A stretch of DNA of 64,000 bases, from NCBI GenBank assembly GCA_965203055.1, contig OZ241863.1, forward strand, positions 1,216,001 to 1,280,000. Direction: 5' to 3'. The notes under the pieces were generated by a model. That model saw nothing but the letters and a program-made list of their open reading frames with translations. It had not been told where the DNA came from and made no database searches. Origin of the DNA: Spirochaetia bacterium (GTDB taxonomy: Bacteria > Spirochaetota > Spirochaetia > SZUA-6 > Bin103). Positions 36,470-46,313 of this stretch are shown here, piece by piece. The number at the start of each line of letters is the position of its first letter. Within the stretch, counting starts at the first letter, position 1. Both the position numbers and the translations under genes were made by a program.

Positions 36470-37829
36470 ATGTACAATCATGCCTCCGACGAGGCCGTAA
36501 CCACTACCGTATCCGCCCTCTCAGACGACCGCTTGCTGGAGCGGACCAAGGAACTTTCCGGCGTCGAACACCATCTCGAAGTGGTCGTCATCGACCACCT
36601 GCGCGAGATTCAGAAGCGCCGCCTGTATCTGCGGAGCGGGTTCTCGAGCCTGTTCGATTACGCGGTGCGCGAACTGGGTTACAGCGACGCCGCGGCGTGG
36701 CGGCGCATCAAGGCGATGCGGCTCTGCGCGGAGGTCGAAGGCGTGCGCGAGCGCCTGCAGGATGGCACGATGACGCTCAACGCGGCGGCGCAGTTGCAGC
36801 ATGCCTTCGACCGGCAGGAGCGCAAGAAGGAACGGGCTGCGCGCAGCGCGCCGCGCGGGGCCGGGTTCGGGGCTGCCGCTCAGTCGCAGGAGGGCGCGGC
36901 GCCGCCGCGGCCGGCGGAGCGGAAGCCGGCGCCGGTGCTGGATCCGGAGGCGCGGCGGGAGCTGGTGGAGCAGGCGTCCGGCAAAGAGCAGCCGGGAGGT
37001 GATGCAGTTGCTGGCCGAGGTGGACCCGGAGCTGGCGGCGCCAGCGGACCGGGTGCGGCCTTTGGGCGGCGGGCGCTGGGAACTCAAGGCGGTGATCGAC
37101 GATGAGTGCCGGCGCGGCTTGGAGCGGCTCAAGGGCCTCCTGTCCCACGTCGACCCGCACCTGACGATGGGGCAGTTCATGGGGCGGCTGGTGCGGGAAG
37201 GGCTCGACCGCCACGACCCGGCCCGGCCGCCGCGCGGGCGGCGCGCCGCGCCGGCCAAAGGCGCCGAGCAAACTTCGGCGCCGAAGACGCCGGCGGCCTC
37301 GACTCGCGGCGCTGCCTCGGCAGCGAAGCAGGAGGCCGGCGCGGACCGCGCCGCTCCTTCGGCGGCGAAGGTATCGGCTCAGGCGGCGGCGGAGCCGGGA
37401 GACGAAGCCGCTGACCGCCCGGACACTTCGGCAGCGAAGCCGGCGACCGACGCCACTTCGGCGCCGAAGACGCGGCGCCCCCGCCGTCAGGCTGCGACGG
37501 CGGGCGCGGCGCGGGCTGCGCCGCCGGCGCGGACCGAAACTTCGGAAGCGAAGGCCGGCGGCGTGATTGGCCGCGCCATCCCGGCGGCGGTCAAGCGCGA
37601 GGTCTGGCGGCGCGACCGCGGCCGCTGCCGCTACGTGGACCGCACCAGCGGGCGCCGCTGCGGCTCCCAACACCTGCTGCAGATCGATCACGTGGTGCCG
37701 TTTGCCTGCGGCGGCGCCGCCGAGCCGAACAATCTCCGGCTGCTGTGCGCCGCCCATCACCGCTACCGCCACGCCGGCGCCGGATTCGGGCGCCCCGGCG
37801 AGGATCGGCAGGCGCCGGTAGACCGGTGA
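36470..37829 (+). pseudogene. HNH endonuclease with N-terminal helical domain, split by one extra base
   Basis: N-terminal part in the 36470 frame (RRLYL..GFSSLFDYAV..LGYS). C-terminal HNH in another frame (RDRGRC, QIDHVVP, NLRLLCAAHH). GGCAAAGAGC at 36980-36989 vs GGCAAGAGC in the copy near 56577. Could also be a sequencing error. Confidence 0.75.
37273..37553 (+). repeat. Six copies of the 14-bp palindromic motif CTTCGGCGCCGAAG (with variants) inside the HNH gene
   Basis: Copies start at 37273, 37315, 37357, 37426, 37456 and 37540; all spacings are multiples of 3. Confidence 0.75.
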
Positions 37830-37941
37830 TCAAGATCGCCGAGAAACGATCATCTTACACTGCGGCTGGGACTGGGTTTGGCCGCCAAGCGGCCTGACGC
37901 TTACCTGCATTTTTGGAATGCGCGCCCGCCGCGGGCGCGCT

Positions 37942-37970
37942 TTGACGCGGCGGCGGGCGCCGGTTATGAT
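37942..37970 (+). promoter_or_regulatory. Sigma70-type promoter of the cox operon
   Basis: TTGACG-N17-TATGAT. Confidence 0.65.
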
Positions 37971-37993
37971 CGGAGGCGCGTGGTGCCGGGTTG

Positions 37994-38512
37994 ATGCATC
38001 TGGAAGGCGAACACACCTTTTCCGCCAGTCAAGGGCTGCTCTGGGAGCAGTTGAACGACGCCGGCGTGTTGGCCCGCGTCACGCCCGGGCTGCAGGAGCT
38101 GCAAGCCGGGGAGCAGGAGCCGGACGCCTACCGCGCCCTGTTCGCCATCAAGATGGGGCCGATCAACAGCACCTTCAGCGGCACCTTGCGGGTGGTGGAC
38201 CGGGCCGCGCCGGAGCGCTTCCGGCTGCTGATCGACGTCGCCGGCAAGGTGGGTACGGTGGATGCCGAAGCCACCGTCACCGCGCTGCCTGCGCCCGGCG
38301 CCGGCGGGGAGGAGCGGACCCGGGTGACCTTCGCCGCGGACGCCCGCCTCACCGGGTTGCTGGTGCGCATGGGCCAGCGCGTCCTCAGCGGCGTCGGGCG
38401 CCTGCTCACCAGGCAGTTCTTTCAGGCATTGGAGCGGGAACTCAAGGACGTTGCGCCGCAACCGGCGGCGCCACTACAGGAGCTACGGGAGCTACAGGAG
38501 GGGGATTCATGA
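37994..38512 (+). CDS. coxG: CoxG (SRPBCC) family protein
   Basis: LWEQLND..VL..VTPG, KMGPI and GQRVL; first gene of the operon. Confidence 0.85.
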   Translation: MHLEGEHTFSASQGLLWEQLNDAGVLARVTPGLQELQAGEQEPDAYRALFAIKMGPINSTFSGTLRVVDRAAPERFRLLIDVAGKVGTVDAEATVTALPAPGAGGEERTRVTFAADARLTGLLVRMGQRVLSGVGRLLTRQFFQALERELKDVAPQPAAPLQELRELQEGDS

Positions 38513-38976
38513 GCGTGTCGATCAGCGTCACCGTCAACGGGCGGCGCTACCGCGAAGAGGTGGAGCCGCGGCTGTTGCTGGCGGACTTCCTGCGCGAGGT
38601 CCTGGGGCTGACGGGAACTCACGTCGGCTGCGATACCAGCGGCTGCGGCGCCTGCACCATCATCGTCGACGACAAGGCGGTGAAGAGCTGCACCCTGCTG
38701 GCGGTGCAGGCGGACGGCGCCAACGTCACCACCATCGAGGGGCTGGCGGACAACGGCGAACTGCACCCGCTGCAGCAGGGCTTCCACGAGGAGCACGGCC
38801 TGCAGTGCGGGTTCTGCACGCCGGGCATGATCATGGCTGCCTGGCAGCTCCTGGAGCGCAACCCGGCGCCGAGCGACGCGGAGATTCGCCATGCCCTGGA
38901 GGGCAACTTCTGCCGGTGCACCGGGTATGAGAATATCGTTCGGTCGGTGCGCCGCGCGGCCGGCGCGCAGGCGTAG
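38509..38976 (+). CDS. coxS: Molybdenum hydroxylase 2Fe-2S subunit
   Basis: [21 protein letters not shown] and GNFCRCTGY. Confidence 0.92.
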   Translation: MSVSISVTVNGRRYREEVEPRLLLADFLREVLGLTGTHVGCDTSGCGACTIIVDDKAVKSCTLLAVQADGANVTTIEGLADNGELHPLQQGFHEEHGLQCGFCTPGMIMAAWQLLERNPAPSDAEIRHALEGNFCRCTGYENIVRSVRRAAGAQA

Positions 38977-38992
38977 CGGGAGGTATCTTCAG

Positions 38993-41377
38993 ATGGCAAA
39001 GTACATTGGCCAGGCGGTCAAGCGAGTCGAAGATCAGCGGTTCCTGACCGGCAAGGCGCGCTATACCGACGACATCAAGCTGCCGGGCATGACCTGGGCA
39101 GCAATCGTGCGCAGCCCGCACGCCCACGCCACCCTTGACCGGGTGGATACTTCGGCGGCGCTGGCGGCGCCGGGCGTGGTGGCGGCCTACACCGGCCAGG
39201 ACCTGGAAGCGGCCGGGGTCGGCGGCCTGCCGTGCGGCTGGCAGGTGGACTTCAAGAACGGCGACACCATGAAGGAGCCGCTGCACCCGGTACTGGCGGC
39301 GGGCAAGGCGCGCCACGTGGGCGACCCGGTGGCGATCGTAATCGCCGAGACCAAACATCAGGCCCGCGACGCGGCCGAGCTGGTGGAGGTGGACTACGGA
39401 GTACTGCCGGCGGCCGTCGACATGCTCGCGGCCACCGCCGACGGTGCCCCCCTGGTGCACGCCGACGTACCGCGCAACGTCCCGTTCGACTGGGGCCTCG
39501 GCGACAAGGAGGCAGCCGCCGCGGCGTTGGCCGGCGCGGACCACGTCACCACGCTGCAAATCACCAATCAGCGGCTGGTCCCCAACGCCATCGAGCCGCG
39601 CTGCGCGATCGGCGATTACGACGCGGCGCGCGATCATTACACCCTGTACACCTCGTCGCAGAATCCGCACGTGATCCGGCTGCTGCTCACCGCCTTCGTG
39701 CTCGGATTGCCGGAACACAAGGTGCGGGTGATCTCCCCCGACGTCGGCGGCGGCTTCGGCAGCAAGATCTTTCACTACGCCGAAGAGGTGCTGGCGATCT
39801 GGTGTTCGCGGCAGCTCGGGCGCCCGGTGAAGTGGACCGCGGAGCGTAGCGAGAGCTTCATCTCGGACGCGCAGGGGCGCGACCACGTCACCACGGCGCG
39901 GCTGGGGCTGGACGCCGAGGGCAGCTTCGTCGGCCTGGAGGTCACCACGCACGCCAACCTGGGCGCCTACCTGTCCACCTTCTCCACCTGCGTGCCCACC
40001 TATCTCTACGGCACCCTGCTGCAGGGGCTGTACACCACCCCGGCGATCTACGTCGACGTCACCGGGGTGTTCACCAACACCGTGCCGGTGGACGCGCTGC
40101 GTGGCGCCGGGCGGCCCGAGGCCACCTACCTGCTGGAACGGCTGGTGGATACCGCGGCGCACGAACTGGGCCTCGATCCCGCGGCGCTGCGCCGCAAGAA
40201 CTTCATCCCGCCGTTCGACGGCAGCGAGGAGCAGCCCGGCTACCAGACCCAGGTCGCCCTGCAGTACGACAGCGGCAACTACCAGGGCGTGCTGGACCGG
40301 GCCCTGGAAATGGTGGGCTACCAGGAGTTCCGGCAGGAGCAGCAGGCGGCGCGCGCGGCCGGCCGCCTGCTCGGCATCGGCTTCTCCACCTACATCGAGG
40401 CGTGCGGCATCGCGCCCTCGGCGGTGGTCGGCTCGCTCGGCGCCCGCGCCGGTCTGTTCGAGAGCGCCATCGTGCGCGTGCAACCGACCGGGAAGGTTTC
40501 GGTGTTCGTCGGCAGCCACACCCACGGGCAGGGGCACGAGACCACCTTCGCCCAGGTGGTGGCGGATCATCTGGGGATCCCGATGGAGGACGTCGACATC
40601 ATCCACGGCGACACCGAGTCGGTGCCGTTCGGCATGGGCACCTACGGTTCGCGCAGCCTGGCGGTCGGCGGCAGCGCCATCGTGCGCAGCCTCGAAAAGG
40701 TCAAGAAGAAGGGCGCGCGGATCGCCGCGCACCTGCTGGAGGCGGCCGCGGAGGACCTGGAGTACGCCGGCGGCAAGTGGACGGTACGCGGCACCGATCA
40801 GTCGGTGGCCTTCGGCGACGTGGCGCTGACCGCCTACGTGCCCCACAACTATCCCGAGGGCCTGGAACCGGGGCTGGACTTCACCAGCTTCTACGACCCG
40901 GCCAACTTCACCTTTCCGTTCGGCGCGCACCTCTGCATCGTCGAAGTGTGCGCGGAAACCGGCCAAGTGACGCTGCGGCGCTTCATCGCCGTCGACGACG
41001 TGGGCAACGTGGTGAATCCGCAGATCGTCGACGGCCAGGTGCACGGCGGGGTGTGCCACGGCATCGGCCAGGCGCTGCTGGAGGGGGCGATCTACGACGC
41101 CGACGGCCAGCTCGTCAACGGCTCCTACATGGACTACGCCCTGCCGCGCGCGGACGACCTGCCGGCGTTCGAGCTGGATCGCACCGTGACCCCGTGCCCC
41201 CACAACGCGTTGGGGGTGAAGGGCGCCGGCGAGGCCGGCACCATCGGCGCGACGCCGGCCGTGGTCAATGCCGCGGTCGACGCCCTGTGGCATCTCGGGG
41301 TGCGGGATCTGGACATGCCGCTCACCCCGCAGCGGGTGTGGCAGGCGATTCAGCGGGCCGCGAGCAGCGGGAGCTGA
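38993..41377 (+). CDS. coxL: Xanthine dehydrogenase-family molybdopterin subunit (CoxL form II-like)
   Basis: RVEDQRFLTG, VGGGFGSK, ALRGAGRPE, GQGHET and GVKGAGE. Confidence 0.88.
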   Translation: MAKYIGQAVKRVEDQRFLTGKARYTDDIKLPGMTWAAIVRSPHAHATLDRVDTSAALAAPGVVAAYTGQDLEAAGVGGLPCGWQVDFKNGDTMKEPLHPVLAAGKARHVGDPVAIVIAETKHQARDAAELVEVDYGVLPAAVDMLAATADGAPLVHADVPRNVPFDWGLGDKEAAAAALAGADHVTTLQITNQRLVPNAIEPRCAIGDYDAARDHYTLYTSSQNPHVIRLLLTAFVLGLPEHKVRVISPDVGGGFGSKIFHYAEEVLAIWCSRQLGRPVKWTAERSESFISDAQGRDHVTTARLGLDAEGSFVGLEVTTHANLGAYLSTFSTCVPTYLYGTLLQGLYTTPAIYVDVTGVFTNTVPVDALRGAGRPEATYLLERLVDTAAHELGLDPAALRRKNFIPPFDGSEEQPGYQTQVALQYDSGNYQGVLDRALEMVGYQEFRQEQQAARAAGRLLGIGFSTYIEACGIAPSAVVGSLGARAGLFESAIVRVQPTGKVSVFVGSHTHGQGHETTFAQVVADHLGIPMEDVDIIHGDTESVPFGMGTYGSRSLAVGGSAIVRSLEKVKKKGARIAAHLLEAAAEDLEYAGGKWTVRGTDQSVAFGDVALTAYVPHNYPEGLEPGLDFTSFYDPANFTFPFGAHLCIVEVCAETGQVTLRRFIAVDDVGNVVNPQIVDGQVHGGVCHGIGQALLEGAIYDADGQLVNGSYMDYALPRADDLPAFELDRTVTPCPHNALGVKGAGEAGTIGATPAVVNAAVDALWHLGVRDLDMPLTPQRVWQAIQRAASSGS

Positions 41378-41407
41378 CCTGAGCGGAGATTGAGAGAGGA
41401 GATTGAC

Positions 41408-42262
41408 ATGAGTAGTAGTGCATTCGATTACCACCGCGCGGCCTCGGTCGAAGACGCCGTGGCGCTGCTCGCCCGCCATCCGGACGCCAAGCTGCTGGCC
41501 GGCGGCCACAGCCTGATTCCCTCCATGAAGCTGCGCCTGGCGGCGCCGCGCGCGCTGATCGACATCGGTCGCCTCGCCGAGCTCGACTACGTGCGCGCGC
41601 GGGACGGAGTGGTGGCGATCGGCGCCGCCGCTACCCACCACACCATTGCCTCCAGCGAGGCGGCGGCGCGGCAGGCGCCGTTGCTGGCGCAGGCGGCGGC
41701 GATGATCGGCGACGTCCAGGTGCGCAACGCGGGCACCATCGGCGGCAGCTTGGCGCATGCCGACCCGGCGGCCGACTATCCGGCCGCGGTGCTGGCCGCC
41801 GAGGCGCAGATCGTGGTCCGGGGCGCGGACGGGGAGCGCGTGATCGACGCGGCCGATTTCTTCGTCGACCTGTATCTGACCAGTCTGCAGCCTGACGAGA
41901 TCATTACCGAGGTGCGCGCGCCGGCCGCGGCGGCGGGCAGCGGCGCCTGCTACCTGAAGTTTCCGCACCCGGCGTCGCGCTTCGCGGTGGTCGGCTGCGC
42001 CGCCGCGGTCAACGCCTCCGGCGGTACCTGCGCGGACGTGCGGGTGGCGTTTACCGGGGTGGCCAACGCCGCGTTTCGGGATTCCGCGGTGGAGGCGGCG
42101 CTGGCCGGCCGGCCGGCCACGGCCGAGGCGGTCGCCGCGGCCGCGGCGCTGGCGGCGCGGGATGCCGAGGTGCTGAGCGACGCGTTCGCCGTCGCCGACT
42201 ACCGCCGCCACCTGGCGGCGGTGTACGCCGGCCGGGCGCTGCGCAACGCCGCCGGCATCTAA
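41408..42262 (+). CDS. coxM: Molybdenum hydroxylase FAD subunit
   Basis: LAGGHSL, QVRNAGTIGG and DPAAD. Confidence 0.9.
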   Translation: MSSSAFDYHRAASVEDAVALLARHPDAKLLAGGHSLIPSMKLRLAAPRALIDIGRLAELDYVRARDGVVAIGAAATHHTIASSEAAARQAPLLAQAAAMIGDVQVRNAGTIGGSLAHADPAADYPAAVLAAEAQIVVRGADGERVIDAADFFVDLYLTSLQPDEIITEVRAPAAAAGSGACYLKFPHPASRFAVVGCAAAVNASGGTCADVRVAFTGVANAAFRDSAVEAALAGRPATAEAVAAAAALAARDAEVLSDAFAVADYRRHLAAVYAGRALRNAAGI

Positions 42263-42282
42263 GATGCCGAGACGTGCCGAGA

Positions 42283-42318
42283 CGGCGCCGCGTTGACCTG
42301 AACGCGGCGCCGCGCTTT
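42283..42318 (+). terminator. Putative intrinsic terminator of the cox operon
   Basis: Perfect 12-bp stem CGGCGCCGCGTT/AACGCGGCGCCG with a 6-nt loop and a short T run. Confidence 0.5.
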
Positions 42319-42331
42319 ACTATGTACCACG

Positions 42332-43132
42332 ATGGGGAAGAAAGAACTGCGCTACATCTTCCACCTCTACCGGACTGACGGACAGTCGCTGATCCTGCAT
42401 CCGTTCGAGAACTCGGACCGCTTGCGGGCCGGCCTCGAGACGCAGGAGATCGAGGGCCGCTATGGGGCGGAACCGCCGGTGGCGTTGCTCACTTCGTTTC
42501 GGAACGACCTGTATCGTTCCGTCGAGGTGGCGGTGCGGCGCTTCCTCTCCGATGCCCGCTTCGTGCCGCGGTTCCTCATTTCCGCCGGCGCCTTCTTCGC
42601 CAGCTTCATGATCCTCTCTTACGCGGTGCCCGATCCGATCCTGATCGTGGACGAGCTGCTGGTCGCGGTGGCGGCCGGCATCGGCTCGTACCTGTTCCTG
42701 GGACGCCGCGACATGGGCTCGGATGCCGCCATGAAGAAGCGCATCGCGCTGCGCAACGCGGTCGATCAGATCAAGTTCGTGCCCAGCGGCTTCCTGGCGC
42801 GGGTGGAACAGGAGCTGCGGCGTACCGAGAGCGGCGACTTCGAAGAGGCGGTGCGCGCCATCCTGGAACCGGAGACCGGCGGCGATCAGGAGCAGGCCAA
42901 GACCCAGCTCGCGGCCGAAGACCGCCTGGAGGCGGCGCAGTTCGTGCAGCTCCTGGAGGAGAAGTACCGCTTCAAGCGCCTGCGCCGCGAAGAGAAGGTG
43001 CTGCGCAGCTACGCCTCGCGCGCGGCCTCCGACCGCGGCGACTCGCTGCGCCGCTGGTCCGACACCAAGAAGCTGGACCTGCCGCTGTACGCCGTCTACA
43101 AGCGCTTCAAGCGTACCGTCGAGCGCGTCTAG
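42332..43132 (+). CDS. Hypothetical membrane protein
   Basis: Typical codon usage and two hydrophobic segments (PDPILIVDELL). Confidence 0.75.
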   Translation: MGKKELRYIFHLYRTDGQSLILHPFENSDRLRAGLETQEIEGRYGAEPPVALLTSFRNDLYRSVEVAVRRFLSDARFVPRFLISAGAFFASFMILSYAVPDPILIVDELLVAVAAGIGSYLFLGRRDMGSDAAMKKRIALRNAVDQIKFVPSGFLARVEQELRRTESGDFEEAVRAILEPETGGDQEQAKTQLAAEDRLEAAQFVQLLEEKYRFKRLRREEKVLRSYASRAASDRGDSLRRWSDTKKLDLPLYAVYKRFKRTVERV

Positions 43133-44022
43133 CAGCCGGCCTCGTAGCAGTGGCTGCTCACCTGCTCGCCGCGGGTATCGTGCAGGAAGGCGGCGTCGCC
43201 GCCGTTGCCCCAGATGTTCTCCTCCGTCAGGGTGAGGCTCGGCTGCGCGTCGCCGACGCAGCCGCGGCCACTGCAGAGCGCCAGAACGGCGCCGGGGGCC
43301 AACGGAGCGGTCGCCGGAATCATCAGGTTGGTGCCGTCGTCGTCCCTGACCTGCCAGCCGCTGACGTCGACCGCGGCGCCGGAGGCGTTGCGCAGCAGCA
43401 GGTGTTCGGAGCGGCCGTCGTTGACCACGCGCTCGATTACCACCGCGTCCGCTGCGGTTGCGGCGCGCGCGGCGCGCTGCGGCGCCGCCGCCGGGCAGTC
43501 CGCCGGGCGCGGTCCGGCGGCGAGGCGCTCGAACTGGTCTGAGAAGTGGTTCGGCTCCGCGCGATAGGGCTCGGCGAGGCCGCACTCCAGGAGGCGGGCA
43601 TTGAGCAGCGAGCCGTCCGCCAGGTAGACGTAGGCCAGCAGCCGGTCGAACCGGTCGCGGCGGCGAAAGTCGAAAGCGAGGTAGATCTCGGCGTTGGCGG
43701 TGCGCTGCTGAACGTAGCGCGCGGCCTCGGCCGCGCCCGGCTCGCCCAGCTCCGGGGTGTCGATCGCCAGCAGGCGCACCTTCTCGTCGGCCTCTGGTCC
43801 CGGCGGCGGGCACGGCAGGCGCACGTGAAAGGTGTCGCCGTCCACGTAGCGGGTGACCGCGGCCGGGGTCAGCCGCGCAATGTCGGCCTCGGCGTAGTGG
43901 CGCAGGCCGGCGACCGTCACGTCGTAGAGCGGGGGGCAGGTCCGGGACTGGCCGGCGGCGCCGGCCGCGGCCAGCAGCAGCGCCAGGGCCGCCAGCCCGG
44001 TCAGTATGCGTATGTTCGGCAT
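43129..44022 (-). CDS. Secreted thermonuclease (SNase-like) plus lamin-tail domain
   Basis: Signal peptide; VDGDTF, VRLLAIDTPE and RDRFDRLLAYV; lamin-tail motifs VDVSGW and IWGNGGD. Confidence 0.85.
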   Translation of the reverse strand: MPNIRILTGLAALALLLAAAGAAGQSRTCPPLYDVTVAGLRHYAEADIARLTPAAVTRYVDGDTFHVRLPCPPPGPEADEKVRLLAIDTPELGEPGAAEAARYVQQRTANAEIYLAFDFRRRDRFDRLLAYVYLADGSLLNARLLECGLAEPYRAEPNHFSDQFERLAAGPRPADCPAAAPQRAARAATAADAVVIERVVNDGRSEHLLLRNASGAAVDVSGWQVRDDDGTNLMIPATAPLAPGAVLALCSGRGCVGDAQPSLTLTEENIWGNGGDAAFLHDTRGEQVSSHCYEAGC

Positions 44023-44148
44023 CGTGCCCCGCAGCATAGCCGATCGCGGGCGGTTGCGGCGCGGCGTTGGCGGCAGGCGGTCGCGGCGCTTTGTCTGCTC
44101 GGCGCCGCGGGCGCCTGCGCGCGGGAGGCCGCCCCGCTGGAGCTGGCG

Positions 44149-44493
44149 GTGGGCGGCGCGGAGTTTCGCGTCGAGCTGGCGGTCACCGCAGAGCAGCGCC
44201 GCCGGGGATTGATGTACCGCGACCGGCTCGGCGAGCGCGAAGGGATGTTGTTCGTGTTCGAGGAGGAGCGCATGCTCTCCTTCTGGATGCGCGACACCTC
44301 GCTGCCGCTCTCCATTGCGTTCATCGACGCGCGCGGCGTGATCGTGCACCTCGCCGACCTGGTGCCCTGGTCGGAACGGCGGGTGTCATCGCGGGTGCCG
44401 GCCCGCTTCGCGCTGGAGGTGAACCGCGGCGCCTTCGAACGCGCCGGCGTGGCGGTGGGCGACGTGGTGGCGCTGCCGCCCGCGCTGCGCTGA
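44149..44493 (+). CDS. DUF192 family protein; start uncertain (signal-like sequence extends in frame to ~44050 without a canonical start)
   Basis: VELA.T..QR.RGLM.R, GMLFVF, FWMRDT.LPLSIAFID and ALEVNRG. Confidence 0.8.
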   Translation: MGGAEFRVELAVTAEQRRRGLMYRDRLGEREGMLFVFEEERMLSFWMRDTSLPLSIAFIDARGVIVHLADLVPWSERRVSSRVPARFALEVNRGAFERAGVAVGDVVALPPALR

Positions 44494-44521
44494 GCGCGGC
44501 CGGCGCAGAGGAGCGTCTTCG

Positions 44522-44779
44522 TTACGGCCGCGGCGGGTCGGCGGCGGCCGCGGCGCCGTCCGGGAACGGCTCCAACGCCGGCGCGGCGCCGGTCGGTTCC
44601 GGCTCGTTGACCAGGATTTCGATCCGCCGTTCGATCTTGGCCAGGTCGCGCTCCAGCGTGCGCGCCAGCGCGATGCCTTCCTCGAACCGGGCCATCGCCT
44701 CGGAGATCGGCAGGTCACCCCGGCGCAGCTCCTCGCCGAGCCGTTCCAGGCGCTGCAGGCGTTCCTCAAAGGTCGCCAT
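44522..44779 (-). CDS. xseB: Exodeoxyribonuclease VII small subunit
   Basis: FEERL..LE...LPI.EAM..FEEG; downstream of xseA. Confidence 0.9.
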   Translation of the reverse strand: MATFEERLQRLERLGEELRRGDLPISEAMARFEEGIALARTLERDLAKIERRIEILVNEPEPTGAAPALEPFPDGAAAAADPPRP

Positions 44780-46088
44780 CATCAGCCTCATTGGCGGCGG
44801 GTTCGGTGGCGGTGACCGCGGCGCGGAAGGCGCTGCGGTGGAGCTGAACCCGTACCTCCTGCGCCGCCCGCACCTGCTGCGCCGAGGTGACGTAGCTTCC
44901 GGTAGCCACGTCGGTCACCGCGGCGTAACCGCGCTGCAATATGGCGCGCGGCGAGGCCGCCTCCACCCCTTGCGCCGCCAGCGCCAGGCGATGGCGCAGG
45001 TTGCGGGCGCAGCGCTCCGCGCCGTGGCTGAGCGCCGCGCGCGCCTCGTCCAGGCGCTGCTGCCGCGGATGGAGGGCCAGCCGCAGGCTGCGCGCCAGGT
45101 GGTCGGCGCGGTACCGCTCCAGCAGGGCGCGGGGGCGTTGCGCGCGCGCCTCCAGGGCGGCGCCGAGGTTGACGCGCAGCGCCGCCACCCGCCGCTGCAG
45201 CTCGCGGCGCGGGGCGGCCACCACTTCCGCCGCGGCGGACGGGGTCGCGGCACGGTGGTCCGCGGCCAGGTCGCTCAAGGCGCTGTCCACCTCGTGGCCG
45301 ACCGCGGAGATGACCGGCGTGGCGGCCGCCGCGATGGCGCGCACCACGCGCTCGTCCGAGAACGGCAGCAACTCCTCCAGCGCGCCGCCGCCGCGGGTAA
45401 CGATGATGACGTCGCCCAGGCGCCGGCGGTCGGCGGTGCGCACGCCGCGCGCGATGCGGGCCGCGGCGTCGGGGCCCTGCACCGGCGCCGGGACGATCAC
45501 CACGTCGACGCCGGCGTTGCGGCGGCCCAGTACCCGCAGCAGATCGCGCAGCGCGGCGCCGGTGGGCGAGGTGACCACCGCCACCCGCCGCGGCAGCAGC
45601 GGCAACGGCAGCTTGCGGCTGGCGTCGAACAGGCCCTCGGCGGCCAGCGCTCGCTTGCGTCGTTCGAGCAACGCCAGCAGATCGCCTTCGCCGGCGCGTT
45701 CGATGCCGTCGGCGATGAGCTGATAGCTGCCGCGCGGGCCGTAGACCGAGATGGCGCCGCGCACCCGTACCAGCATGCCGTCGGCCGGGATGAAGGTCAG
45801 CAGGAAGTGCCGGTTCTTGAACAGCGCCACGCCCAGGGTCGCGCTGCGGTCCACCAAGTTGAAGTAGTAGTGGCCGGTGCTGGAGGGGCGAAACCCGCTC
45901 ACTTCGCCCTCCACCGTCACGTTGGAAAACTGGCCCTCCAGCAGGCCGCGAATGCGGCGCGTGAGCTCGGACACGGTGACGGCGCCGTCCGGGCGCGGCG
46001 CGCTGCCGGGCGCCTCGGGCGCCGCCGGCGCCGGCGGCCGGGCGCGGAAATTGGGCGCGGCGCGCGGACTGCGCGGCCATGATCTCAC
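44766..46088 (-). CDS. xseA: Exodeoxyribonuclease VII large subunit
   Basis: VEGEVS, GHYYF, VTSPTGAA, RGGG, SAVGHEVD and ATPSAAAE. Start uncertain. Confidence 0.93.
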   Translation of the reverse strand: MRSWPRSPRAAPNFRARPPAPAAPEAPGSAPRPDGAVTVSELTRRIRGLLEGQFSNVTVEGEVSGFRPSSTGHYYFNLVDRSATLGVALFKNRHFLLTFIPADGMLVRVRGAISVYGPRGSYQLIADGIERAGEGDLLALLERRKRALAAEGLFDASRKLPLPLLPRRVAVVTSPTGAALRDLLRVLGRRNAGVDVVIVPAPVQGPDAAARIARGVRTADRRRLGDVIIVTRGGGALEELLPFSDERVVRAIAAAATPVISAVGHEVDSALSDLAADHRAATPSAAAEVVAAPRRELQRRVAALRVNLGAALEARAQRPRALLERYRADHLARSLRLALHPRQQRLDEARAALSHGAERCARNLRHRLALAAQGVEAASPRAILQRGYAAVTDVATGSYVTSAQQVRAAQEVRVQLHRSAFRAAVTATEPAANEADDGDL

Positions 46089-46313
46089 GCGCGGAGCATA
46101 GTCGCCGCCGCGCCCCGCGACAAGCGCGGCGCGGGCGCGGCGGCGAGCGGCGCGCTGCGCTCAGGGGGAGCTGCCGGGCGGACGATAATCACGGTGATGG
46201 ATGCGGGAGCGGCTGGCGGCCCTGCTCGGCGAGTGGGAGCGCGGCGGGAAGCGCGGGCTGCGTCCGATGCCGGACCAACCGAACGGCCGCGCGCGGACCG
46301 GCGGCGCCGGGTG

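Noticed and set aside
37273..37553. Possible CRISPR array
   Set aside because: The repeats are only 14 bp, irregularly spaced, in frame within a CDS, and no cas genes are present. Kept as a palindrome array instead.
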